Source: Phoronis australis (Eukaryota; Animalia; Phoronida). From it: a stretch of 64,000 nucleotides of DNA. A program made the translations under genes and the position numbers. The notes under the pieces were generated by a model. It saw only the letters and a list, made by a program, of their open reading frames with translations. It searched no databases and was not told the origin of the DNA. The DNA is taken from assembly GCA_002633005.1 (NCBI GenBank), contig NMRA01000432.1:130070-194069 (forward strand), read 5' to 3'. Of this stretch, positions 53,128-64,000 are shown in pieces (positions within the stretch are counted from its first letter, which is position 1; every line of letters begins with the position of its first letter).

Positions 53128-54499
53128 GAAAGGTGCATGGTGGTGCGGGTTTGAAATAATGTTTCTCGTGACTGTGTGGCAACGGTGTATGTTGTATTGT
53201 TTGCTGTCAAATAAAATTTTCATAGCAACCTGCATATTAATCTTATTCCTGCACCTCACTGCGTGTGAACGTAAGCGCTACAAAAATCAACGGAACAGTG
53301 TTTCACGAAAGAATTTTTCGAATACGCATTTTTCAAGAATAAGAAAACAATCTTGATAGTGGCAGTCCATGGTGAACGCAGATGTGAAGTTTTTCCAGTC
53401 TCTGTATTCGTAAAATTTGGGTAGGGACCAAACCTACCTTCCAGCTGTTAACTCACTTTCCTCCAATTCATAGTGCCAACGCTACCAAGTATCAATATCT
53501 CCCTCGTATGGAGCCATCAAAAAACCTTGCCCTCTCTCACAGCGCCACCTCTACAAGAGAGTGACCCTGCAAAATGCTGACGATCGGCATGCAGAAATCC
53601 GTAGTTAGGCAAGAATGCGCATGCCTCGGTTTGGTCATTTTTCGTAACCATAGACACCTTTAAGGAATAAAATACTATGTGATGTCTATGGTCGTAACCT
53701 ACTTGCCGTGAATGGGCCGGAAATTTATAATGAAGTGTTTTATTCGACACCTTTTTATCTGGAGTTTGTTACAAAACATGAGCTTATGTGGAAAGCATCA
53801 ATTTAATCTCATTGTTCTTGTCGTCGCAGCACCCATAATATTCCGATAACTACGGTATATGTACATTCTACTTCTGCTGCGGGTACCAGCATACAATCGC
53901 ATGCGCCACAGGGCATTTCTCAATAGATCGAGCGATATGCTTCGGCATTTCTCAACGTGTGAATGTTATTGTCCAACCAACTGGAATTTCCGAATGTTAC
54001 TTCGGTATCAATGAGACGTCATGTTACAGGAACCTTTCTCAGTGCTAACTAAGGAAAAGTGCATTTTTAGCCTTTCAGAGTCGCGCATCAGCACCGGTCT
54101 TTTTTAAAATAAGTGCCAGTTTCAAATAAGAGTTGGGTAAATGACAGCAAGGAGTGTACGTTGAATTACTACACTCCTTGATGACAGTCAATCGCTGTAA
54201 TTTAGAGCATATTTAATGATAAAACCACAAGAATGTCAACTTCGACCGTCGAGCCTTGCATTATGACCTTGACCTTAATTACTACAGCGACAAGTTTTTG
54301 AGTTCAAACACAGATTCGTTTACATCCCTTCATTTTTGACAATAGATAACATCCATGCGAGTCCCTGTGGACAGTTTTGTTACGAGACAGGGAACAGCAC
54401 GCTTCCGTGTTACGAATAAAGTATCTATAATGGTAATTCTTATACATATTAAACAAAATTACTACATACGTAACACATTGAAGTCAAATGTTTAATACA

Positions 54500-55430
54500 C
54501 AATGTACTTGAGAATGTATTGAGTAACGCTTTCCACACGTCTCCACCGGGCTGTATCGTCTTGCGCACCACACACTTCGACGAATCTGCTCTACCGTTGG
54601 CCTGGTGGTGATGCGGGCTGCTAGTTGTATGCTGGGCGTATCGAACAGAAAAAACTGTTCGAAAACGGATGAATATTGTTCGGGCCGTTATCACCGACAC
54701 GTAAACTGAGTTCACCGTGTGCAGCGAATATGGACTGCAGCATGGATATCAGTGTCTCTGAGGTCAAATCTCGTCACTCTGCTAGCTCAATGAAGTTAGA
54801 ATAGAATCTATGACCACCATGAAGTTAAGAGATCCTTTGTCTCAAAGCAATCAGTGGCAACTACTTCCCTAGGATACTTCGGCACTGGGTATGTCATGAG
54901 AGGTTGCTTGACTTGTGCCGGGGTTGACATCTCTGAAGATAAGACAAGCTCTGAAAAGGTACTTTCCAAATGCTTGTGGTCGCTCTGTTCCAATATTTTC
55001 AGTTATTCTTTCCAAGGAAGTACTTCTCGAAGCGCACTGTCGCAAAGATGATTGCCAGACATATCTTCTCTAGCTGAATGTAATTACGCTCCGTGGGGAT
55101 CAACGCACGTGATTCGAAAGCTACAGTTAGGGTGCACCTAGCTCTACCAGTTCATCTTTTGCAACGTCATAGTACTTCAGTATAGTGAGAAGCGTTTTGA
55201 TCTGTTGGAAGGTTTTATCATGTTCTGACTTCCAACTGAAGGTAGCGTCACTGTGCGTGAGGTGTAGGCCCCTATCAGTGGTTCAGAGGCAAAGCTTTGC
55301 AAGAAAATTTGGCTAATTAAGTTACCATACCGGTCTGTCGTCGTATTCCAGCACTGTCGGTTGGATATCCTTTATAGCTTTGACTTGAAACAGGTCAGTC
55401 CGGAGCCCTTCTGCAGAAAGTATAGGCTAT
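54500..55430 (-). pseudogene. Decayed Gypsy pol fragment (RT/RNaseH linker and integrase)
   Basis: PLMTYPVPKYPREVVATDCFE, DNGP, HTTSSPHHHQANGRA integrase-like motifs; many disruptions. Confidence 0.75.
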
Positions 55431-56064
55431 GTCCGTTAAAGTGTTTAGACCGCGAAAAAATAGACTAAATTTCATTATAAAAAGTGGTTCTTTGCACTGA
55501 AACAGAAGTTAAATTGTTCCCAGTTATTTGGGCTGTTTTTTCTTAAAGAATTTGTATATCTGTTGCCCTCAAGTACATATTACCTGTAGTTTCAAATTTC
55601 AAAAAAAGGTTTTCCAACTGCTCCTCACTTCGTTGTTTTTTCTCCCACAAGGCAAAGCACGTCTCCTTATTTGGTATTGCAAGACAAAGACTTAGCGGCG
55701 CATTTCCTTATATGGAAAATTTGACCTTTGACCTGAAGCGACTTCAAGCAACTGATTGTTCGCACATTCATCATAAGAGGGAGGGAGATTAGAAACTCTG
55801 TGATAACCACAGTTTTTCCTTCGCGCGTATTTAAAAATAGTGAAATTTGTGATTATTTCTGGATATTTTCTCACAGGGGATAGTGGATTCATCTGCACTA
55901 GACATTGCGAGATGATACTTTCGCCGGGAATTGTTTAAAAGGTATTTTTCACGAGCTTTCGCGTTCCATACCTCTTTCTGAGCTGATTGTATGAAAACCT
56001 CTTTCAAACACAACTCTGTGTTACGATTTTACGTCAGTATATTCTAGAGATCTACAAGATGCAT

Positions 56065-56276
56065 ATAGATTATTACATGGCAAAGTCGTTATCCCCCGTT
56101 ATCTAGAGCCCGAGTGGATTTTGGAGAATTATCGCCCGAGGGGCGTTATCTAGAGCCCGAGTGGATTTTGGAGAATTATCGCCCGAGGGGCGTTAGCCCC
56201 GAGGGTGATAATTCTACAAAATCCACGAGGGCTATAGATAACGGGGGATAACGGCTGATAACATGTAATAATCTAT
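56065..56276. repeat. Long imperfect palindrome with an internal 47-bp tandem duplication
   Basis: ATAGATTATTACATG ... CATGTAATAATCTAT arms; 56097-56143 repeated at 56144-56190. Confidence 0.85.
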
Positions 56277-56858
56277 TTATACCACATACTAAACGAGAAA
56301 CATTTCAATGAATCGATTTACCTTTTCTGACTCTCCACGGCTTTGTAACTACTTTCTATGTCAGAGGCCCGGGGTCGGAGGTCGTGACCTTTTAAGAAAA
56401 GCCGGGCAATTTTTGTCAAATAATGCTTTTACTCAAAACCAATTGAAAACTTAAATATAATAGAAATAAATTGAATTTATAAATTAAGGTTTACCAACTA
56501 TTATAGCTTAAAGCACTTTTTTCACGCTAAGCTTCGACCGGGAAATTATCGTCTGCTAAAGTAGGTTACCACTGGTAACTGAATATAATTCTCAAGTCAA
56601 AGATCCTGACGACACGATACCCGCATTCAAACTGGAGATCGGTGATTTACAAGTAAGAGGACAAGAGAGAAAAGTTTCACTGAATTAAGATATCATTTTT
56701 ATGGAACTTATGTGCCTTATTTTTCGTAGCGTATAAGTACAGTACAATGCGGTTTGTCGAACATGCGATTATTGCGCATGCTCATTTAAGTATTCTATTT
56801 TCACTGTTGATGACGTCAGTCGCTGCATGGTGTAGTGGTAAAGTCGGCGACCAGCAAT

Positions 56859-58217
56859 TGACCTATCGCAAGCTCCGCCCCTATGCGAAAAGTCACGTGA
56901 TACCCGACATTCGAACGAGATGTCAGAGGCAAATACACTGTCGCTAAACCGTTAAACGACGTTCCTGGTGCAATCGATGAGTGTTTTTGCACTATTTGAA
57001 AACTCGTCGACAGAAACAAGAGGCGATGCTTTTCAACAGTGAATCGTACGTTCATGATATGGGAATTTGTAAAGGTGACGATCAAAAAATAAGTGCTCGA
57101 GGAGCCAGAGAAAATCCGAAGAACCCCTCGGCCTCGGGGCTACCTTCACCTGACAAATGACAAGGCCACTGATACGATATGTTCATGTAAAGCTGGGTGT
57201 GTACCTTAAAGTCCAGTTATCTGTACGATTCCATAGATTTCATGATCTTTCGAATAAAATCAGTGAAGATTCACCGATATTTTTATTCTGTCGTCTGNGT
57301 ATGGTTACAAAAGATTACAAGTCTGGTGTGGTAGTTGCAAAAATAGGGTATTTACAAAAATAACTCAAATTCTTTTTTAAAGCTTCATAAATCTCAATAT
57401 CATGTTTGAACCACACCAAAATGAGCTCTCTCTAACTCTACAGACATAGTGTATGCTAGAGGTACACGTCAAAAAGTAATTCAACAGATTATTTTTAGTG
57501 ACAACAGCTCGACCAAGGCTTTGAGTTCCGGCAGTAATCCAGTGCCCTTCCCTGTGCCGATCGAATCTCTTAATTTTGACCGGGAGAGAAGTTCAGTTGA
57601 ACGCCAGCTTACGGTTTATGAATAACAAAAATGTACCTCTGATACGAAACAAAATTATGCCCATTAGGTTGAAATAAATAAAAAAAAACGTAAAATAAAA
57701 ATGTCCTTAAAAACAACAATTTCCGGGGACTACCGCTAGTGCTGAGATCCAGCAGGTGCCGAGACAAAGGCGGCCAGACGTAGCCAACTGGGGAGTCGAA
57801 ATCTGAGATAGCCCTGCACCATAGCCACCAAGCTGAAAAGTGCGTATCTTGGAACTAATATATATGTGTATATTATAGCCTTCGAGTTATCGCTAAGTTC
57901 AGCTGCTCGTGTGGCCGTACAGTTTGATCCATAGTTTAGGCTTTTCAACATCATTTTTCGGCTTAGGACATGCCAAAAATGACGGGATATTATTCTGGAG
58001 CAGCATAACGGCTGTCGAGGCTACACACGTCATATCAACACCGTTTCCCCATTCTTAGAGGACAATTTCTTGAGCTACAGACTAAAGTAAGTTTTACTCG
58101 ACTGCGTGTGGTTTGTCGGGTAAAATGGCGGCTTGGAAACGCAGACGAAGGTGTGCCAAGAATGCTGCGTTCTGATTGGTCAATTAAGCCGTCCGTCATA
58201 ATCCTGGCGATAGGTCA
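56859..58217. mobile_element. Non-autonomous DNA transposon, TIR TGACCTATCGC, AT TSD
   Basis: AT|TGACCTATCGC ... GCGATAGGTCA|AT; both ends shared with the short derivative at 61445-61617. Confidence 0.8.
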
Positions 58218-60011
58218 ATTCCAGGGTCCCGGGTTCGACTCCGTCCTCGGTTTCCCGCCAAATCGTTCTCACTAGTGAGATAACTTTATGGGTTATTACA
58301 CGTTGTATTTGCCATTTGACGCTAATATTGTGGTATAAATCTACTTACTATGCTGTCTAACTCCCAACTGAAAACTTGTTAGCATATGAACTAGAGATCA
58401 TATGCTCATGAGTCATAATCAGATTTCAGAGAATTGTTTTGCACAACTTACACAATCTATGATTCTAGCTACCAGTGCCGTTTTGAACTCTGAAATTCTA
58501 GTGAAACCACGAACATAACACTGATCCAGCATTAAAATTTACTTCATTTAAACTATGTCTAATATATTATAAGTCGTCGTTCCGTTCAATAAACATGTGG
58601 TTGCTTTTTTATTGAATTGAATTCTTATTTCTATGCCTATTCTGTTGCCTCGCAGTCGGCATCCGAATCACCGGGTTCAAAGAAAATGAAACACAACTCT
58701 GCGCTCGCTAAAAAAACGTGACGATTTCACTATCAAAACTATTAGCTTAGTGCACAAAAAAGAGTGGAGAGACTTTAAATCTATCTATATTGACTGTACG
58801 ACCTTAAAGTTAAGTTATTGCATTGTGTTATCCCGTGCTCTCAACTCGAGCATTGAGCATTTGTGAACTGATTCATAAAGTACTTCGTGAGAGTAAACAT
58901 AACAAACAAACTTGTAACGTCTCGCATAAAACTCACGTTTACCGAAAACAGGCCCCGGCAAAGGGCGGATATTTGGAAAATAACTTTTCAAAAATGTAAA
59001 ACGAATCCGAATATCACTGTGTCCTTAAAATTGTCCTTCTAACACGTTTAGTTACCAAGACACCCAATATCTCGTTAAATGACTGTCTTCTCAGTACAAT
59101 CGTGATCCCAGAATATAATGTCTTGAGGAAAATAACAAAATTTTACAGTTAAACACATTGCATGAGAACAATCCACCAGATTTTTCATTTCACGAAACAT
59201 GCAAACATGCAGTTATTGAAAATTTGCCCATGAACCTAGTTTTGGGTGGGCCCTTTTTCGGAAATTCCCGCCCCCAGAACCCTGTTCTGATTGGTCTAGG
59301 TCATCTCTCTAAATATAGTCACTCGTTTGTACGTACTACGTTGGTACTGATGTACTGATTCCATGAAGTTCAAAAAATCAACTTCTGAATGTCGTGTGCA
59401 GGTTGGCATCAAATATATTGGCAAGTACACAAATGGTGTGTAATTTTAAACGGAAGAACTTTTTACGTTTGAACACTTCATCTAGGAATGAGGTTGACAA
59501 CTTCAGACTAAATTGTCAGGTGAATTTTCGCGAAACTTGGTCTTGATGAACTCACCCCGATGTCGGATCGCTTTTCACACTTTAATATCGGCCACCACGC
59601 TTCTTTTATTTATCTACCCGAGATAATTCCACTAGGCCTAAAAGCTGTGAGGGTAAAATACTCATCCGAGTTTGTAGCGCGACCCTACCAATCACCGTAT
59701 GTGTAGCTACGGCCACGACCGCCGGCCGGGGCTCCCCACTTGTCACGGGATCGGCCCCTCAGGCGGCGGGGTAACATGTTCGGCTGGAGGGTTGCCCTGT
59801 AAAAAATATAGGAACGTATCATGTCGTAGCGTGAGGCTCCTGACTGTATATGAATATTTACATAACTTTCAAACAGGGGAAATTTTCTCCTTTGTTTTCA
59901 TGCGTTTCAGGTGATGCAGTCAGCAATGGGAAATTAAATTTTCCTCACTGCAGCGAGCGCCTACTCACGTTGGATTTGTAAGTGCATTGTGGGTAATTCG
60001 TGGTTTCCTTT

Positions 60012-60020
60012 CGCCATATT
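60012..60020 (+). promoter_or_regulatory. YY1-like motif upstream of the PIP4K2 ATG
   Basis: CGCCATATT matches CGCCATNTT, about 145 bp upstream of the start codon. Confidence 0.4.
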
Positions 60021-60156
60021 GGAATTTTCATGGGAAGTGATTGTTTTGGTCATTTCAGCTAGATATGATGCTTTTTAGATAGTTTCGGTCGCTGCCTTAC
60101 TTAATTAAAGTAAGGAATTATTACAATCGTTCAAGTGCAATATCACAGGAGATAAC

Positions 60157-60285
60157 ATGGCCAGCAAATTAAACACTAAGTATCAGGAAAAGAAGAAAAA
60201 GGTGAAGGCCGTTCACCAGAAAGTGAAGTTGTTTCGATCGAACGAGCCTCTACTCAGTGTATTTATGTGGGGTGTCAACCATTCA
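60157..60285 (+). CDS. PIP4K2: Phosphatidylinositol 5-phosphate 4-kinase type 2, first coding exon
   Basis: [43 protein letters not shown]|gtgagt. Confidence 0.95.
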
Positions 60286-61444
60286 GTGAGTAATTTAATT
60301 TTCATTGTCTTAATCTGGACACATCACAATAACAGGAACTGTGTCTAAATCGTTCTTCCACTATTTTTTGCTCAAACTTATTGGCAAGATTATACGCTAG
60401 TTGGTAAGGGTTGGAATTATGGAAGTCCGCTCAAAACGTAGAAAAAGAATTTAGCGTCATACATATCACTCGAATTGAACATCAAATATTAACTTGCACA
60501 CGTCGAAATTGTGATCACGTGAACACATTTAGCTGCTGAACTAATTCTGCAAATAGACACCGGTGACCTAAAATCGTGAACATAAGCTTAATAAGCAGTA
60601 GGCAATGACCATCGCCTATGTTGGTCCGAACCAGAGGCGATGCAGCTCCTATAGGCGCTCTGTACGCCGGAAGCTTTTCGGCGAATTATGCCTGGCACCG
60701 ACTAAACCATCAAAGTCACGTTGTTTTAAATACCTTATGCATTTAGTAGAATACTAATTTGAAACTAATAAGTAAATGTGACTCTCAAAATATAAAATGT
60801 GGAATAAAGTCTAAGTCGTACTAATCATCATTGTAATGAAAACACATTTTAAAGTTGCTATGTCTTATTAAAACCATGAACATTTAAATTTGTAGCAAGC
60901 GCCACCTGGTGACTCCCTGGAGAACTGTGTGTTCAAGTATAATCAGAAAAAGAAACAATTTGTAGATAAGAAAATGCCACAACTGATACACTTAAAACAA
61001 GTGTGAACATATAAAAATTGTAGTAATTCCAAGTATTATGCTATCGTTATTTCATAATGAAGAAAACAAATAATAAAAACTGTGCCTTGTTTCATTAGGG
61101 TAATGATGAAATATTACCATACTGATTTACATAAGAATAGTCTCGCAAAACAGGACTTTCATGACATTGTAATGGTAACTGGTTCTCGAATGGTTTCTGG
61201 CACACCAGAAGACCCAGGGTTGTTTGTAAACTAGTACTTTATTTGCATATTCATAATTTAATGAGGCATATTATCTTTAATGATTTGTTTTTGTTTTAAA
61301 TTAGAAGTTCTCATCCTAAGCTTGTACTAACTTTTTTGTGGACCATGTTGTTGAAGGTTCTGAAGCATGCCCAGTAAATAATAAAGATGTTTTCAAAGTA
61401 TTGGTAATAGGACTTTAGTATCTTCACAGTTTGAGGCAGACAAT

Positions 61445-61617
61445 TCACCTATTGCCAGAATTTTGAGTGACAACTTAACTGACCAATCAGAACGCCGCAT
61501 TCTTGACACACCTTCGTTTCCAAGCCGCCATTTTACCTGACAAACAACACGTTGCCAGGGAAAACTTATTGTTTGTTGGTTGACATTTTGCAAGGGGGTG
61601 GAGCTTGCGATAGGTCA
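61445..61617. mobile_element. 173-bp MITE, internal-deletion derivative of 56859-58217 in inverted orientation
   Basis: AT|TCACCTATTGCC ... GCGATAGGTCA|AT; matches the reverse complement of 58085-58217 and 56859-56885. Confidence 0.8.
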
Positions 61618-62077
61618 ATTGGTTCAGCATGGTTTAGTTGACGGCATCAACTTATGGCTGTCTTCCAGTTTGAAAATAAGACATTTATTGCATTACGTTT
61701 AGATTTATGATTTAAGAATATGTGGAGCTAATAAACTTAGCAGATGCTGGTCTTTATTTAGTGATACGTATGATTAGTTTTTCTTCCAGCTTTTTAATTC
61801 GTGCCTTTTTAATTTTAAAGAGAGGTGTTATCTAATGTTACATCATGGTTTGCAGTCAATAGGCAAATAAATCAATTTGTTTAAGTAAGTTTACATATTG
61901 TTCACATAACTTTTCTTCTGTTTTTCTACTGTGTTTTGTTCTGTCTTGTTATTGGTGAGGACAAAATTGAAACAACTTGACCACAAATAGCATGGAAAAT
62001 ATTAAAATGGTAGTTTGAATTGAGCGATTGAGGAGGGTTTCTTTGTGTATGTTGTCATTGATATCGGTTCATTTCAG

Positions 62078-62175
62078 ATTCAAGAGTTGAACCATGTGTC
62101 AGTGCCAGTCATGTTGATGTCTGATGACTTTAAGGCTTACACAAAAGTTCGAGTTGACAACCACCTATTCAATAA
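62078..62175 (+). CDS. PIP4K2: PIP4K2 coding exon 2 (gene continues beyond the window)
   Basis: ttcag|[32 protein letters not shown](K)|gtaag. Confidence 0.95.
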
Positions 62176-63114
62176 GTAAGTCAAAGCTGGTATAAATCGC
62201 GTTTGTACAGACTTACGATTTGGGCCATTTAAACCAAAGTAAATCTTGCCTCAAAAAAAGTGTCTGGATTTGCATAGAATAGAAACTATACTTATTTAAA
62301 ACCTGTCAAGAGTCCCACGATGTGTTTGAAAAGTGACACCATCGCTTCTAATTGCAGTGGAAATATGCTGCAGTGTTTCCCCAGTGTTTAAAAATCTGCG
62401 TGACTCACCACGCTCCTGTTGTATTCCACCTCTCATATTCTTGCTCAAATTGACTACTGCACATCTAATCCTGATGGGAAAACTTCCCCAGCAGGCAAAA
62501 ATTGTTAGTGAAGATATGCAATATACTCTCCATGTCTGTGGATCGAACTGGAAAAACACTAATGTAAATCAGACTTTGAATCATTTTATGTCTTTCTTGC
62601 GTTTGCTAAATGACTGACATTTGGCACTTCTTGGTTATCCGACAATGTACAGCAATTGAATACAGTTTGGAACCAGGCAATGACCTCGACATTAGTTTTC
62701 CTAAATGACAAAGTGCCAATGAACACAGAATTAAAATAGGTGGAGAAACACTAAGTTTTACAAAAGAGGTCGTGCAACGATGTGCATTATATTGCACGAA
62801 ATAGTCAATAGTTTAATTGAGCGTTTTTCACATGTTTTGAAAGGAGCGTGTCGGTGAATTGTCCTAGTATGATGCAAAGTCCATTTCGGCATGCACGTAT
62901 GGGAAATGTGGATCTCCCCCATTACCTGGGCTTTGAAAGGAGTCTGCCGGTGAATGGTAGCAGTGAATGCGGAGCCCGGCACTGCAGTGAAGTGTCATTG
63001 TGTGTCATGTCTGTATCATTAAAGTTGCGTTAAGAAGCGGGACACACCAGGACAGGGCTTCAGGCTACTCATTGAAATTGAATTATTTGGCTGTATGCAC
63101 TTATAGGAATAGAC

Positions 63115-63759
63115 TAACACTGGTCTTAGTTTAATTTTGCTGTTCTGTTTGTTCATGAGCAGCTGGCACTTGATTGAGGTGACCCATTTGGTCAGGAGAG
63201 TGATGATGTAATTTGTTTATGACAGAATAGTTGGGAACATTCTAGAAGATTTTTATATGTTTGTGATCGATGTAGTTCTAGAGCCTAGTATATGTTTGTA
63301 GAACGATTGGGTAGTTTCCAGAAAGTTCCAGAACAATATAACAGACTGTGAATACCCAGGTACGGGTTGGTGAGTCAGTTGGAGCTAGAGTTGAAGTTGG
63401 AGTTGAAAGACAAAGTCTGTTAAAGTTACAGTTGAGTTGCAGTGAAGAGAATCAGCAGTTACAACGATAGTGAATAGAGAGCCAGCTATAGAGACAGCAG
63501 GTTATTGAATTAACGAGTGTAACAGTTGCTGGAAGTGTCTCAGAAGTTCATCACAAGTCAAGGCTTCTCAGCACTGGCTGGAGCATAGAACAGACATTAC
63601 ATCCAATGTTTTGTTTGAGTAGACTTGTGAACATACGGTCGAGATTAATAAAGTGATTTACTTGAAACAGTTTTCATTCTGTCATCGCACCGAAATATTA
63701 GCACCGGTCGGGACTCAGTAACAACCTGCGCCCACCCATACACGGGGAAAGACGTGACA
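63115..63759 (+). mobile_element. Solo LTR related to 43261-43939, in PIP4K2 intron
   Basis: Long shared blocks (GTAACAGTTGCTGGAAGTGTCTCAGAAGTTCATCACAAGTCAAGGC) and the same GGGAAAGACGTGACA end; no PBS follows. Confidence 0.85.
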
Positions 63760-64000
63760 GGGATAAAACGAAAAGTTATTTGAACCTGTTTAGACCTGAT
63801 TAATTAACTTATATAATGAAACTTCTGTTACTATTGTTTATTATATTCTTGCTCAACGTAAATCAGTTGAATGGGTGTTACCCAGAACAGCAGACGATAT
63901 AGTCATCCATTCCATGCAGACAACTAGGTCTACTGAGATAACTGGACTGGTTTATGGTTCATAAAACTATTGACTATTTCATGCAATATGATTCACATTG

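Noticed and set aside
43261-63759. The two LTRs as ends of one 20-kb element
   Set aside because: LTRs are clearly diverged, there is no shared TSD, PIP4K2 exons lie between them, and the pol remnant is on the opposite strand

Overview
Intron-rich, AT-rich animal (probably invertebrate) genomic DNA, not prokaryotic. Three host genes were reconstructed by hand from splice sites. (1) PSMD11/Rpn6 (+): 8 coding exons at 4056-14960; exon 1 was not found and is probably upstream of the window. (2) A complete 7-exon Notch-ligand-like gene (-, 20220-25971), about 371 aa: signal peptide, C2/MNNL, DSL, Ser/Thr mucin-like stalk, one EGF, and no transmembrane segment. (3) The first two coding exons of PIP4K2 (+, 60157-62175). 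The rest is layered transposon debris: TTAA-flanked Kolobok-type elements, AT-TSD ISL2EU/PIF-like elements, hAT derivatives and MITEs, a Gypsy (Gmr1-like) LTR plus gag, a related solo LTR, a Gypsy pol remnant, a Penelope remnant and tandem repeats. One AT-TSD element sits exactly between an LTR and its PBS, and another splits a tRNA-like pol III head. All calls are by eye; no database searches were run.
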